This document shows positions 29,975-40,332 of a stretch of DNA of 64,000 bases, piece by piece (position 1 is the stretch's first letter; every line of letters begins with the position of its first letter). The position numbers and the translations under genes are program-made. Origin of the DNA: Ancylobacter novellus (GTDB taxonomy: Bacteria; Pseudomonadota; Alphaproteobacteria; Rhizobiales; Methylopilaceae); contig QFPN01000007.1 of NCBI GenBank assembly GCA_003241695.1, positions 72,954 to 136,953 of the forward strand, read 5' to 3'. Under the pieces are notes generated by a model. The model was not told where the DNA came from. It ran no database searches and was given only the letters and a program-made list of their open reading frames with translations.

Positions 29975-31501
29975 TCAGAGCAGCGCGGAAGCCGCGGTCA
30001 GGCTCTTGAACATCGTGATGTTGACGGCGAAGACGCGCAGCGCCGCGGCCTGGGCGACCGGCATGTAGAAGCCGGCACGGTCGTTGTCGTAGTCGAACTC
30101 GACCCGCAGATACTCGGCGAACTCGTCCTCTTGTCGAACGATCCCCGCCGCCGCGAGTTCGTCATAGGCGTGGATGACGGTCGCGCGCATCTGGTCGGGC
30201 GTCACGACGCCCTGCACCCCGTTCGGGTTGTCCTCGCGCATCACGTGACGCGGATAGAGACCGAGCACCGCGTTCTTCATGTAGCGCTTCACGTAGGACG
30301 CGACGCAGACGCTCTCGATGTCGAGGAAGGTCGTGTCGAGCAGGTCCGCGCCGTTTTCGCGATAGGTCGTGATGATGCGCTCGCAGCGCATCTGATCGTC
30401 CGCGCCGAAGGTGAAGGTCGAGATGCCGGACCGCAGCAAGGTCTCGCGCTCGACCGGCGTGAAGACCGCGAGGGCGTCGCGCGGCGGCGTGATGCCGTAA
30501 AGCGTGAGCCCCTGCATCGGCCGGGCGATCTCGACCGCGGTGTCGACGCTTCGTCCGAGGTTCTTCGTAAATGCGATCTGCGCGCAGAGGGACGCCGCAA
30601 TGCTCCAGCTCGGTTGAGGCACCTGATAGCTGCCGAGAATGGTAACGTGCGGTTCGTTGAACTGCAGGCCGTAGGCGGTGAGACTTGCGAGCGTGCCGTT
30701 ACGAGCCGTGATGTAGTGACCGTCGAGCTGAGTGAACGGATCCCAGCGGGTGCGCATGAAATCGCTGACGGCGTCGATCGCCGGCTTGCCCGAATACGGG
30801 CTCGCGATCCAGTCGAACCGCTCGGCCGCGACGACCGCGAGCGCATCGCCGATCCCGCCGCCGCCGGAGCCGCCGGTCACGTTGCTGACCGCGACGGAGA
30901 TGCCGCGCACCCGCGCCGGATCGCCATCCCAGGCGCGCTTGACGTTGATGTCGTTGCCTTCCACGCCGGCATGGCGCGCCTTCAGCTTGACGACCGTCGG
31001 CGAGCCGGCATCGATCCGCGCCATCACGGGCGGCCCGAAGCGCATGCCGAACTTGCGGTAGCCCTTCTGGACGCACTCCTTAAAGCGGCTCGCCACCACG
31101 GCCGCGGTGTCGCCCTGCCTTACCTGGATCCCGTATTTCTCGCCGCAGATGTAGAGGTAGAACCGTCCGTTGGCCTTCGCCGTCCCTGTGAAGGTCACCG
31201 AACCTTCGGCCTGGACAGAGTCCTCGGCAGCAGGCAGCGCGATCGCGTAGATCTCGCCCATCTTGTTGATCTGCCGGGCGTAGGCGACCATGTCGGCCAG
31301 CATCGTGCCGTAGCCGAACAGGTCCGACGGATCGGTCGAGCCGACGTTGATCAGGGTCAGCGGCTCGACCATGTCCAGATCGGCGCGGCCGATCAGCAGC
31401 ATGCGCGAGACGCTCGAATAGACCGGCGGGCCGGCGTTGACCTCGGCGAGAAACAGCGGAACGCGGAGGTCATCCGGAATCTGATTGAACGCGATGGCCA
31501 T
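29975..31501 (-). CDS. contractile tail sheath protein (Mu L-like)
   Basis: MAIAFNQIPDDLRVPLFLAE..LFGYGTMLADM..RETLLRSGISTF..ERIITTY. Confidence 0.95.
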   Translation of the reverse strand: MAIAFNQIPDDLRVPLFLAEVNAGPPVYSSVSRMLLIGRADLDMVEPLTLINVGSTDPSDLFGYGTMLADMVAYARQINKMGEIYAIALPAAEDSVQAEGSVTFTGTAKANGRFYLYICGEKYGIQVRQGDTAAVVASRFKECVQKGYRKFGMRFGPPVMARIDAGSPTVVKLKARHAGVEGNDINVKRAWDGDPARVRGISVAVSNVTGGSGGGGIGDALAVVAAERFDWIASPYSGKPAIDAVSDFMRTRWDPFTQLDGHYITARNGTLASLTAYGLQFNEPHVTILGSYQVPQPSWSIAASLCAQIAFTKNLGRSVDTAVEIARPMQGLTLYGITPPRDALAVFTPVERETLLRSGISTFTFGADDQMRCERIITTYRENGADLLDTTFLDIESVCVASYVKRYMKNAVLGLYPRHVMREDNPNGVQGVVTPDQMRATVIHAYDELAAAGIVRQEDEFAEYLRVEFDYDNDRAGFYMPVAQAAALRVFAVNITMFKSLTAASALL

Positions 31502-31542
31502 CGGCCTCTCCTCGGTTCTTGGATGCGGTCAGGCGCGAAGGC

Positions 31543-31824
31543 TCAGTCGGCCCCGCCAGGCCGGCTCGCTTTCTGCGGGGTGGTGCGGACGCCACGCGGC
31601 GGCGCATCGGGCGTCGGGGGAAGGTCCTCGGCGGGAGGCTCAGGAGGCGGCGGCGAGGCGGCGGGAACGGCGGTCACGTCGATCTCGCCGCCGCGCATTT
31701 TCAACCGCTCCCAATAGGTCGACCACGTCACGACGCGGCCTTCGGGCGGCAGGATGTCCTGCTCGGCGGGGTCGAAGATCTGGCCGCCGGGTACGGCGGA
31801 CTTCACATGACGTCGGTCGGCCAT
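31543..31824 (-). CDS. DUF2635 (Mu gp38-like) protein
   Basis: VKSAVPGGQIFDP..LPPEGRVV..STYWER..GEI just before the sheath. Confidence 0.75.
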   Translation of the reverse strand: MADRRHVKSAVPGGQIFDPAEQDILPPEGRVVTWSTYWERLKMRGGEIDVTAVPAASPPPPEPPAEDLPPTPDAPPRGVRTTPQKASRPGGAD

Positions 31825-32615
31825 TGGTCCTCCGGGTCGAAGAGGGGCCGCTCCGGCGGCCCAAGGGTCGGAAAGTCCGCGGCGCCTGGATCGGGCCGCG
31901 CGGTCCCGCCGTGCGGGATCGTGGTGAAGCCGGCGCTTTCGAGCCGCGGCAGCGCTGGCATGGCGAGCGCGGCGGCGAGCATCCGGCAGGTGACGCCGGC
32001 GCCGCTGCCGGCGGGCGCGGCCTCGCAGACGAGGCGAAGCGCCTCGGGGAGCGCAGCAAAGGAGCCTGTCGGCGGGTTCATCGCGTCGAGCTCGTCCGTC
32101 TTCAGTTCGACGAGGAAGGTCACGAGATGAATCGCGAGCCGCTCCGCGGTCTCGTCGGACGAAAACCGCGAGACCGAGCGCTTCGCGACGCTCTTGGTGA
32201 CGGCCCGCATCAGCAGCGCGCCCTCGGGCGTTGGCTGGGCGAGCGGATGCGGTCGGCCGAGCGTCAGGATCTGCTCGGCGCACCATGCGAGCAGGTTGAG
32301 GGTCGCTTCGAGCTCACCGTCGGTCGCGGGCGTCGCGATCGCAGGGCCGGCCTCGCTGTCGAGGTCGACCAGCGTGTTCATCGCGATCTCGAGCACGAGA
32401 TTGCAGCGGTCGTCGAAGGGCGCGCCGCCGTTCTGGCTGAAACCCTCGCCGTCGAGCTCCTCCGTCGTCACCACGATGATGGGGACGGGCTCGCGATGGT
32501 CGAAGTCGCCGATCCGGCTGTCATAGACCCGGCCGTCGCAGAGTTCCGCGATCGTCGGATGCGAGTTCAGCGCCGCGATCGCCTGCAGGCGAAGCGCAGT
32601 GAGGGCGAGGCTCAT
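31803..32615 (-). CDS. putative tail completion/terminator protein
   Basis: MSLALTALRLQAIAAL..GRVYDSR; neck-tail junction position. Confidence 0.7.
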   Translation of the reverse strand: MSLALTALRLQAIAALNSHPTIAELCDGRVYDSRIGDFDHREPVPIIVVTTEELDGEGFSQNGGAPFDDRCNLVLEIAMNTLVDLDSEAGPAIATPATDGELEATLNLLAWCAEQILTLGRPHPLAQPTPEGALLMRAVTKSVAKRSVSRFSSDETAERLAIHLVTFLVELKTDELDAMNPPTGSFAALPEALRLVCEAAPAGSGAGVTCRMLAAALAMPALPRLESAGFTTIPHGGTARPDPGAADFPTLGPPERPLFDPEDQWPTDVM

Positions 32616-32622
32616 GGACCGA

Positions 32623-33027
32623 TCAGCCCGCGCGCGCCTGGCGCTCGGCAAGTTCGATCGAGATGCGGCCGACGCTGTCCGCCGGCGTCTTCGACACCTC
32701 GAAGACCTCGCCGGTCTTGAGCCGCCGCACGAGGTCGCCGGACTTCGGCACGTAGCGAAGCTCCGACACGGCGACGTCGATCGTCGTCCGCGGCGCTGAA
32801 CTCGCGCGGGTCGCGGTCTGCGGCATGCGCCGACCCTCTGTGTGGAATTCCTCGTCAACCGCCACGAAGGAGCCGACGAACCCGAATGGCTCCCGGCTCG
32901 GGTCGGCGACGAGACGTGCATTCACGTCTCCGCCGACCCGAGCGCGCGGGATCGCCTCGAAATCTTCGCCGAACACCACGTCAATCGCGTCGCCCGCGGC
33001 CGCGAAGGCGTCGTCGAAGATGGACAC
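32623..33027 (-). CDS. head-tail joining protein (lambda FII-like)
   Basis: MSIFDDAFAAA..IDVVFGE..PKSGDLV..FEV..DSVG; position after the capsid gene. Confidence 0.7.
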   Translation of the reverse strand: MSIFDDAFAAAGDAIDVVFGEDFEAIPRARVGGDVNARLVADPSREPFGFVGSFVAVDEEFHTEGRRMPQTATRASSAPRTTIDVAVSELRYVPKSGDLVRRLKTGEVFEVSKTPADSVGRISIELAERQARAG

Positions 33028-33029
33028 CG

Positions 33030-33269
33030 TCAGGCCTTGCGCAGCGCTTCGACGATGTCGGCCTTGGTCTTCGCAGTGGAAATGTCGACACCGCGTTCCG
33101 CCGCGAGCTTCTCGAGGTCCGTCTTGTTCAAGGCGTCGAGATCGTCGACTTCCGCCGTCTCGGCGGCGTCCGCCGAGACATGGGTGCCGGCGGCGATCGC
33201 CGCCTGCGCCTCGTCCCAGCCCATCGGCACCGCCGCGGCGTCGGCCTTGCCCTTTTCCCGAAGCAGCAT
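33030..33269 (-). CDS. small phage protein with HeH/Rho-N-like motif
   Basis: LDALNKTDLEKLAAERGVDI..KTKADIVEAL. Confidence 0.75.
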   Translation of the reverse strand: MLLREKGKADAAAVPMGWDEAQAAIAAGTHVSADAAETAEVDDLDALNKTDLEKLAAERGVDISTAKTKADIVEALRKA

Positions 33270-33280
33270 GGTGTTCTCCC

Positions 33281-34342
33281 TCAGTTCGAGCTGAAGCCGC
33301 GGACGAGCAGCTGCGGCCGCTTGACCAGCGGCAGCGGGTTGCTCTCGGTATGGATCTCCATGCCCTTGCCGAATTTCATGCGTTCGAGCGGGGCGACGAA
33401 GACCTCGGCGTCCTCGACGCCCGGCGCCGTGTTGACCGCGTCCCAGAAATCGGGCGGCCCCCAGTAGTTCGTGAAGGTGTCGGACGTGCCGAGCGGGAAG
33501 AACCGGACGTCACCGGCCGGGATGAACCGCTCCGGAGCCGACTGCGTGCCATCCTCGCGGATGTAACCTGCAGAGCCGCGGTACTCTTCGAACTCGATGC
33601 CGCGGAAGACGAACCCCTTGCGGACGTTCTCCCGGATCGGGTTTGCCCCGGCGGGCGTCGCCGGGTAGTTCTGGAAGGCGTTCTGCATCCGCTTGTGGCC
33701 GAGGAACTTCGTCGCCCACTCGGGGGACATCAGCGCCTTCACGCCCGTCATGGTCTCGCCGTTGAGGTTGTCTTCAAGATACGAGACGACCTCGTCGCAC
33801 TTGGCGCCGATGTCGGTCGTGTCGGTCCCGAGCGTGAAGTCGATCTCCTTCTGCGTCACGTCGAACGCGATGAAGAGATTGAGCAGCGTCGAACCGTCAT
33901 AGTCCTTGATCTCGCCGCGGAGCGCCGTGACGCGCAGGTGCTCGAGCGTGACCGCGTGCTTCTTGCGCATCGTGATCAGCTTGCGGTTGGTGAAGCCAAG
34001 CACCGTCTCAAGCTGCGCGCCCGCCGGAGCCGCCGCGAGCATGTTCTGCACGTCGGTCGCGAGCACCGCGTCCTCGTGCGGAATGTGCGGGATCACGAAG
34101 CTCTTCGGCTTCTGCTTCCCGCGAGTGCCGAGGGACGCGGGCGCGCCGCGAGGCCGGGTCGGGAGCAGGTTCAGCACGCCGTTCTCGATCACCACGATGA
34201 CCGAGGTCGTTGGGATCGGCTCAGGGGTGAAGATCCCGAGCTCGCCGATGCGGCCGTAGCTGTTCGGCACGATCGAGACCGCGCCGGTGAGGGACGCCGC
34301 CGAGAAGGCGTCCTGATTGAAGATGTCGAGCACGGTCGCCAT
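33281..34342 (-). CDS. major capsid protein (lambda E family)
   Basis: LDIFNQDAFSAASLT..GRIGELGIF..TLEHLRVTALRG..FRGIEFEEY..ESNPLP. Confidence 0.95.
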   Translation of the reverse strand: MATVLDIFNQDAFSAASLTGAVSIVPNSYGRIGELGIFTPEPIPTTSVIVVIENGVLNLLPTRPRGAPASLGTRGKQKPKSFVIPHIPHEDAVLATDVQNMLAAAPAGAQLETVLGFTNRKLITMRKKHAVTLEHLRVTALRGEIKDYDGSTLLNLFIAFDVTQKEIDFTLGTDTTDIGAKCDEVVSYLEDNLNGETMTGVKALMSPEWATKFLGHKRMQNAFQNYPATPAGANPIRENVRKGFVFRGIEFEEYRGSAGYIREDGTQSAPERFIPAGDVRFFPLGTSDTFTNYWGPPDFWDAVNTAPGVEDAEVFVAPLERMKFGKGMEIHTESNPLPLVKRPQLLVRGFSSN

Positions 34343-34345
34343 GGG

Positions 34346-34726
34346 TCAGGCTCCTTCGCGGGTCTTGATGTGCACCGCGCGGAGCTGCGCGATCGCCGCC
34401 GCCCGCTTCGTCGCATCGTTGATGGACGGTCCCCAGGTGAGGCCGTTGTGAGAGACGATCGCGCGCTCGTCGACGACGACGATCGGCACGTCGCTGGACG
34501 TCGCGTCGGCCGCGAAGGCGAGGATCGCGACCGCGGTCTGCGATCCGTCGGAGCCCGTCGCAGCGCCGACGACGAACTTGCCATTCGCGCTCAACTTGGC
34601 GAGCACGGTCCCGGATTTCAGTTTGCCCTGTCCGCTGGCGAGGACGCCGGTCGACCGGGAGGCGTAGTTGGGCTCTTCGGACTTCAGCCAGTCCGAGGCG
34701 ACGATGGCGGTTTCGAGAAGCGGCAT
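34346..34726 (-). CDS. head decoration protein (lambda D family)
   Basis: SGTVLAK..DGSQTAVAIL; between protease and capsid genes. Confidence 0.9.
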   Translation of the reverse strand: MPLLETAIVASDWLKSEEPNYASRSTGVLASGQGKLKSGTVLAKLSANGKFVVGAATGSDGSQTAVAILAFAADATSSDVPIVVVDERAIVSHNGLTWGPSINDATKRAAAIAQLRAVHIKTREGA

Positions 34727-34729
34727 CGG

Positions 34730-35857
34730 TCAGGCCTCCTGCTTGACGCCGGCGCGCTTCAGCTGACGCTGCATGCTCGCGGTGGCGGACGACGCGCCGG
34801 CCTCGGGCGTGGCGAGCGGCGTGGTCGGATTGATGGGGGTCTTCTCTTCCTTGGCGACGAAGCGCTCGAAGAGGGCGGCGCGCACCTGGTCGAGAGACTT
34901 GCCCTCGGCGAGGTAGACGTCCGCGGCGTTCGCCTCGATCGTGGGATCCTTCTGGCGGGCGAGGTCGACCGCCATGCGAATGTCCTTCGCCTGGGAGGTG
35001 CGCGCTCGCGCCTGCTCGGCCGTGACGCCTTCGCGCAGCAGCTGGGTGGTCATCGCGGGCACGCCGGCCTTGGCGCAGATGTCCGAGATCTCGATCGCGA
35101 GCGTCGACGCCGCCTGGCGCGCCGCCGCGATGTCTTCGGGCGTCGTCGCGCCCGCCTTCGGTTCCGGCATCGGAGGCTCCTTTTCCGGGGTGGGCGCGGC
35201 CGAGGCCGCTGGGGGACGAGTGACGCTCATGCGCCAGTCGTTCTTTTCGGCGAGCGCCGTCAGGCGCTTCGGCGCATGCGCGTAAATCCGGTAGTCGAAG
35301 GCGGCGACGGCGGGCTCGGCGTCGTTGTCGTTCGCTGGCTTGGAACCTGCGCGGGTCGCGTAACCCTGCGTGACCGCGTCGTCGGGCGTCAGCCAGGTCT
35401 CGGCCTTCATGTCGGCGCGGCACTGTTGAGCGGTCCGGCCTGACTTCGCCGCGTAGACGTTCGAGAACGAGGTTGCGAGCGCGTTCAGCGCGCGCAGCGA
35501 CATCTCGTGTTCCGCCGCGGTCCCGTAAGTGAAGCCGCTCGGATCGTGGATCATCATCGTCGAGCCGAGCGCCATCTCGATCTCGTCGCCCGCCATTGCG
35601 AGCAGCGACGCCGCCGACGCGGCGATGCCCTCGACGACGATGGTCGTCTTGCCGGTGTGGCGCGCGATCGCCGCGTGGATCGCAGAGCCCTCGGTGGCGA
35701 TGCCGCCGCCCGAGTTGAGCCGGATCGTGACGTCGTTCTCGTCGCCCACCTGGGCGAGCGCCGCGATCACCTCGGATGCAGTGAAGCCCTCGTCGTACCA
35801 AAGGGCGCCGACGGTCCCCGAGAGAGTGATCTCGGAGCCGCTCACGCGAACGGTCAT
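34730..35857 (-). CDS. ClpP-like head maturation protease/scaffold
   Basis: IRLNSGGG..VEGIAASAAS..MMIHDP..ETWLT. Confidence 0.93.
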   Translation of the reverse strand: MTVRVSGSEITLSGTVGALWYDEGFTASEVIAALAQVGDENDVTIRLNSGGGIATEGSAIHAAIARHTGKTTIVVEGIAASAASLLAMAGDEIEMALGSTMMIHDPSGFTYGTAAEHEMSLRALNALATSFSNVYAAKSGRTAQQCRADMKAETWLTPDDAVTQGYATRAGSKPANDNDAEPAVAAFDYRIYAHAPKRLTALAEKNDWRMSVTRPPAASAAPTPEKEPPMPEPKAGATTPEDIAAARQAASTLAIEISDICAKAGVPAMTTQLLREGVTAEQARARTSQAKDIRMAVDLARQKDPTIEANAADVYLAEGKSLDQVRAALFERFVAKEEKTPINPTTPLATPEAGASSATASMQRQLKRAGVKQEA

Positions 35858-35868
35858 GGTGATGTCCT

Positions 35869-37467
35869 TCAATCGTCCGCGGGAGCGGGCTGCTTCGCCG
35901 GCGCCGGGGTGTCGTCCGTGACGCCCGGCGACTTCGTCTTCGAGCGTCGGCCGTCGCTGTCGTAGGAGACGCCGAGGTCGTCAGCGCGGGCGTTGTCAGC
36001 CGCGTTCTCGGCGTCGACCGCTTCGGCGTCCTGACCGTCGGCGGACACCTCCGCCGACCGGGTCGAGAATCCCGAGCGGACCTTCATCTGCTTGGCTTCG
36101 ATGTCCTGGACGGGATGGATGTACGCGAACGCCTGCGGGGTCCATTTGACCGCGTAGGCCTGACGTCGGGTCATCCCTTCGGGCAGTTTCAGGACGCCGG
36201 ACAGCAACGCGTAGTCGATGAAGCGGCGATAGACCGGCCGGCAGAACTGGAACACGAGCAACGCGTGCTGGAGCGCCTCGATGCTGCGCCGGAAATCGTT
36301 CAGGGCCGCCCGGAGCGTCCGATCATTGAGCTGACCGTAGTCGCCGCTCAGGATTTCATAGAGGGTGCCGGCGCCAGTCGCGATCGAGCGGAGCGAGACC
36401 CGGATGTACTGCTCGAAGCCTGTCGGGCTGTCGGGCGGATTGGACCACGTGATGTCTTCGTCGTCTTCCAGCACCTGAAGTGTGCCGGCTTCCCATTGGA
36501 GATCGCCGGTGCCTTCCTCGTCCGCGTCGGTCGAGCCGATCGGGTTCTGACCATCGCCAACCCGCTTGATGAAGCCGGCGATCAGCGTCGCGACCTTCTT
36601 ACGGGTCAACTCGGCGTCGAGATAACCTTGCAAATCGTAGAGAGCCTGAAGCACCGGCGCGAGCCATGGCTCGCCGCGCTGCTGGCCCGGCCGCAGTGCC
36701 CGGAAGAGGTGGCAGACGTCCTCGGCAGGAACGACCTTCGCCTCGTTCAGCGCGCCGCCGGACACAATGGCGTCGCCAGGATGATCCCGGGTCAGCCAGT
36801 ACCCGGTGCGCGCGCCCTTGCCGTCGAACTGGATGCCCTGCCAGATGCGGTTCGTTGGGTCGTTCTTCAGGTGGTCGCAATGATCGCCTTCGATGACCTG
36901 CAGCTGCAGCGGAACAGTCAGCCCGTCGCTGAGGCGCCGAGAGCGAAGACGGACGAAGGTCTCCCCTCCCTCCACCATGCCGCGGGCGGCGATCGCCTGA
37001 AGGCCGTAGAAGTCATGAGCTCCCGTGCTGTCGGCCTCGTCGACCCAGTCCCAGAACAGGCCGGCGACAGCGGCGCGGTACTCTTCCGAGCGCTTGTCGG
37101 CAGCCTTCTTCTGCGTCTTCGACATGCCGGTAGTGTCGATCCGGGCGATCGACTGCGGCTTGATCCCCGTGCCGACGAGGTTCGAGACCATGCGATCGAC
37201 GATCGATCGCGCATGTGGGTTTTTCCGCGCCTGGTCGCGAGATTTCCGGCGAAGTTCATCAAGCGCATAGGTCAGGGCGGCGTTCGGGCCAAACGAGCCC
37301 ACCCGCCACGCTCGCGAGCGACGACCGGAGCCGCCGGCGGCGTCGTAGGCCCCAGCTTCAGGCGCGACCCCGCCGGACAACTGGCCGGAGATGTCGAGGG
37401 CTCCGGCGGCCGACGCCGTCATCGGCCGGCTGATCGCCCGCACCCTGTAGCGCGGCTTTTCCGCCAT
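35869..37467 (-). CDS. lambda-family portal protein
   Basis: LRRKSRDQARKNP..VGTGI..RPGQQRGEPWLAP..LSGDY..IHPVQD. Confidence 0.95.
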   Translation of the reverse strand: MAEKPRYRVRAISRPMTASAAGALDISGQLSGGVAPEAGAYDAAGGSGRRSRAWRVGSFGPNAALTYALDELRRKSRDQARKNPHARSIVDRMVSNLVGTGIKPQSIARIDTTGMSKTQKKAADKRSEEYRAAVAGLFWDWVDEADSTGAHDFYGLQAIAARGMVEGGETFVRLRSRRLSDGLTVPLQLQVIEGDHCDHLKNDPTNRIWQGIQFDGKGARTGYWLTRDHPGDAIVSGGALNEAKVVPAEDVCHLFRALRPGQQRGEPWLAPVLQALYDLQGYLDAELTRKKVATLIAGFIKRVGDGQNPIGSTDADEEGTGDLQWEAGTLQVLEDDEDITWSNPPDSPTGFEQYIRVSLRSIATGAGTLYEILSGDYGQLNDRTLRAALNDFRRSIEALQHALLVFQFCRPVYRRFIDYALLSGVLKLPEGMTRRQAYAVKWTPQAFAYIHPVQDIEAKQMKVRSGFSTRSAEVSADGQDAEAVDAENAADNARADDLGVSYDSDGRRSKTKSPGVTDDTPAPAKQPAPADD

Positions 37468-37472
37468 GGACG

Positions 37473-37685
37473 TCAGAAGCCGCTGCGCGGAGACACGACC
37501 ACGCGGCGGACGCGACCGCGGCCAGGGTTCTGTTCGGCCTCGGCCTCGCGAATGAGATCGGCCTCGATCGCATTCATATCCTTGAGAGACCGGAGTTTGA
37601 GACGCCCGCGCCGGTCGATCTCTTCGGCGCCGGTCTGCTTGAGCCTCCGGAACTTGTCGAGGCGATCCTGTGCGGTCTCGGGCAT
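37473..37685 (-). CDS. gpW-like head completion protein
   Basis: 70 aa between terminase and portal; LRSLKDM. Confidence 0.75.
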   Translation of the reverse strand: MPETAQDRLDKFRRLKQTGAEEIDRRGRLKLRSLKDMNAIEADLIREAEAEQNPGRGRVRRVVVSPRSGF

Positions 37686-37689
37686 TGGA

Positions 37690-39747
37690 TCACCTCACGA
37701 CGCTTGAACGGACAACAGAGCGGGCGCGTCGGCGCGACGGGGCCTTGCCTGCGGCGACGACGCTCGGGACGTCCTGCCCGGCGCCATCCGCCCCGCCGAT
37801 GCCGAGCGAGGCTTCGAGTTCACGCCATTGAGACTCTCGCCAGCGATCCCAGCCGCGCATCTGAGCAAGACCGCGGGCGTAGTTCGCACAGTCGAGCACT
37901 TCGTTTCGGCGGCCGGAGATCAACGCCCACTCGCGCCGCGTCTTCCCCTTGGTCACCGACACGATCAGCTCTTCCGAGGTCAGCTGCTTCACGGTGTCTT
38001 CGGACACGTCACGCGGCAGATGCACGAAGCCGGCCGGGTAAGGCGCGCCGCCGGTCGGCCGCTGGAGCGAAAGGCAGCTCGTCAGTTCCTGCTTGCAGAA
38101 CGAAACGCCAATCCGGAGCACCTTGAGGCCACGCCGGATCTTCTTTCCGCGGATGTTGGCGTCCCGCGCCGCAGCGCCGAGATAAGCCGCCTGGTAGCTG
38201 TCGGCGCCGTCCACCGCGTGGACGTTCGCCCGGCCCGCCATCGACCGCACGAAGGCGTAGACCTCCGACGTGAAGCCGCCAGAATCGATCGCCCAGTCCC
38301 TGACGGCCATCTCCGGACCGGCCTCGCTCAGCCAGGTCTCGTCGAACATCTCCTCGAGTGCGTCCCAGACTTCCGGGCGGCCGGTGTCGCCAGGCAGCAC
38401 GCGATGTTCGATCAGCCAGCGCTGGCGATTGCGCCCAAAACCCCAGACGCCGACCTCCAAGCGGTCTTTCTGGACGTCGACGCCGCCGAACAGCACGAGA
38501 GCCTGCCGGCTGACAGATCCGACGAGATAGTCGTCGCGCCGGTTATAGACGTCCTGCCACTCCGGGGCGTCGGCGCCTTCCTTCCAGGTCAGCGCGAGCT
38601 GCGTGTTGCGGAAGGTCTTGAGCGCCTCGGGCCCGCGGCGCAGCGCGCGGGCGAACTTCTTTACCGTTTCGACCACGGTCTGCTTCGGCGCGTAGAGCTT
38701 CGAGGCGTGGTAACCCGCATGCTCGTTCGACACCGCTCGCGTGTTGCAGTGGCGGCAGAGCGCGTAGCGAACGCCGTGGACCTCTTGGTCCCAGATCTCC
38801 GGTTCCTGCCTATCGCCGCAGCACGTGAACGACCGCGTCTGACGCCATGACACGACCTTCAGCGCCTTCAGCCGGTCGGCTTCGGTCCACAACGTGCCGC
38901 AGGACATGCAGGCGATGCGGGCGGTCGACGGGACAATCCGGTCCTGGTCGTCCTTGTCGAACTTGACGTTTTCCCACTCGAGCGGCTGCTGCTCGCCGCA
39001 ATGCGGACAGGCCACGAAGGCCTTACGCTGATCGCTCTCCTCGTAGCTCGCCTCGATCGCGCTGCGGCCGGCGATCGTGGGTGAGCACGCGAGCACCGTC
39101 AGGCTGTTGGTGCGAAACTCTGCCTGGCGCTCTTCCGCGAGATCGATCGGCGGACCTTCGCCGCCGGCCGAAAGCGGGTATTTGTCGATTTCATCGCAGA
39201 CGAGCAGCCGGATGGGCCGCATCGCGAGGTTCGTCGGGCTGTTCGACCCGACCAGCGTAATGTGACCTCCCGGAAACTGCTTGTGCGTCAGCGTCGCGCC
39301 AGCGTCGGTCGCCTTCGCCTCTCCGAAGAGATCACGAAGAACCTTCGTGTCCCGGATCATCGGCGCGAGCCGGTCCTTCGAGAACGTCTCGGCTGCGTCG
39401 TCTTTCGGAAACACCGCAAGGATCGGGCACGGTTCGACGTGGATGAACCGGCCCGTGATGTTTTCGATGACGGTCGTCTTCAGGAGCTGCGTGCAGGCAA
39501 CCAGCGTGATCTTGCTGACGCCCGGCTCCGTCGCAGCGAGCATCGGCCCCCGCGCCACCTCGACACGCGAGACGATGAAGCGGCCGCCGTTCGAACTCTC
39601 CTTGCTCAGCTTGCGATAGCGCTCGGCCCATTCGACGACGTTGAGCGCTGGCGGCGGCGTCAGTCCCTTCCGCCATGACCGAGCGAGGCTCGTGACGTCA
39701 GAGCTGGCATTCCGGCTCGCCGAGTTCGGCGAGATGCTGTTGGACAT
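37690..39747 (-). CDS. terminase large subunit (lambda GpA family)
   Basis: Walker B LLVCDEIDKY, SPTI, CPHCG, GVDVQKDRLE, IDSGG, RRNEVLDC. Confidence 0.96.
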   Translation of the reverse strand: MSNSISPNSASRNASSDVTSLARSWRKGLTPPPALNVVEWAERYRKLSKESSNGGRFIVSRVEVARGPMLAATEPGVSKITLVACTQLLKTTVIENITGRFIHVEPCPILAVFPKDDAAETFSKDRLAPMIRDTKVLRDLFGEAKATDAGATLTHKQFPGGHITLVGSNSPTNLAMRPIRLLVCDEIDKYPLSAGGEGPPIDLAEERQAEFRTNSLTVLACSPTIAGRSAIEASYEESDQRKAFVACPHCGEQQPLEWENVKFDKDDQDRIVPSTARIACMSCGTLWTEADRLKALKVVSWRQTRSFTCCGDRQEPEIWDQEVHGVRYALCRHCNTRAVSNEHAGYHASKLYAPKQTVVETVKKFARALRRGPEALKTFRNTQLALTWKEGADAPEWQDVYNRRDDYLVGSVSRQALVLFGGVDVQKDRLEVGVWGFGRNRQRWLIEHRVLPGDTGRPEVWDALEEMFDETWLSEAGPEMAVRDWAIDSGGFTSEVYAFVRSMAGRANVHAVDGADSYQAAYLGAAARDANIRGKKIRRGLKVLRIGVSFCKQELTSCLSLQRPTGGAPYPAGFVHLPRDVSEDTVKQLTSEELIVSVTKGKTRREWALISGRRNEVLDCANYARGLAQMRGWDRWRESQWRELEASLGIGGADGAGQDVPSVVAAGKAPSRRRARSVVRSSVVR

Positions 39748-40324
39748 GCGCGGTCAGGACCGTGGTGAGCGCGCGGGCGTCGATGTTGAGTTCGTCGGCC
39801 ATGACGACCGCGACCCGCGCTGGCCACGAAAGCCAGGCGTCGCGAAGATCCCGCGCGGTGTCGAAGAACAAGGCCTCCGCGACCGCGCGATCGACGAGGC
39901 GCTCGGCCTCTTTCTCGACGATCTGCTTTCGCTGTAGGCCGAGCCAATTCTCTTTTCGGCGGACCGCCTCGGCGAGGTCGAGTTCGGAGCTGTCGGGATC
40001 GTATGGCGGAAGCGCGTCATCGCTCTCGCCAATGTCGAGGTTCTGGACGGCACGTCGCGGCTTGGCGGGCGCCTCCGCCTTTGGCTTCGGCGTTACCTGC
40101 TGACGCGTTACCTGGGCGTCGCGGACTGGTCGATGGGTAACGCCGCCGCGATAGGTCGGCGGCCGCTGGTCAAGGTTCCACTCCGACGCGTCGACATCGA
40201 CGTCGCCGGCATCGGTCAGCTTCAGCAACCCCCTCTGTTTCCAGACGGTGACGGTCTTTTTGGAGACGCCTCGGCGCTTGGCAAAAGCAGCCTGCGAAAG
40301 GAATTTCGGAGCGTCAGAGACCAT
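39698..40324 (-). CDS. terminase small subunit (Nu1-like)
   Basis: N-terminal wHTH LSQAAFAKRRGVSKKTVTVWK..G; coiled-coil C-terminus; overlaps the large subunit gene. Confidence 0.88.
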   Translation of the reverse strand: MVSDAPKFLSQAAFAKRRGVSKKTVTVWKQRGLLKLTDAGDVDVDASEWNLDQRPPTYRGGVTHRPVRDAQVTRQQVTPKPKAEAPAKPRRAVQNLDIGESDDALPPYDPDSSELDLAEAVRRKENWLGLQRKQIVEKEAERLVDRAVAEALFFDTARDLRDAWLSWPARVAVVMADELNIDARALTTVLTAHVQQHLAELGEPECQL

Positions 40325-40332
40325 GGCCGAGA

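Noticed and set aside
32825..35443. 872-aa plus ORF, and similar ones at 29972-31717, 36115-37707, 16871-18337, 56597-58060
   Set aside because: Antisense shadows of well-supported high-GC genes; no motifs.
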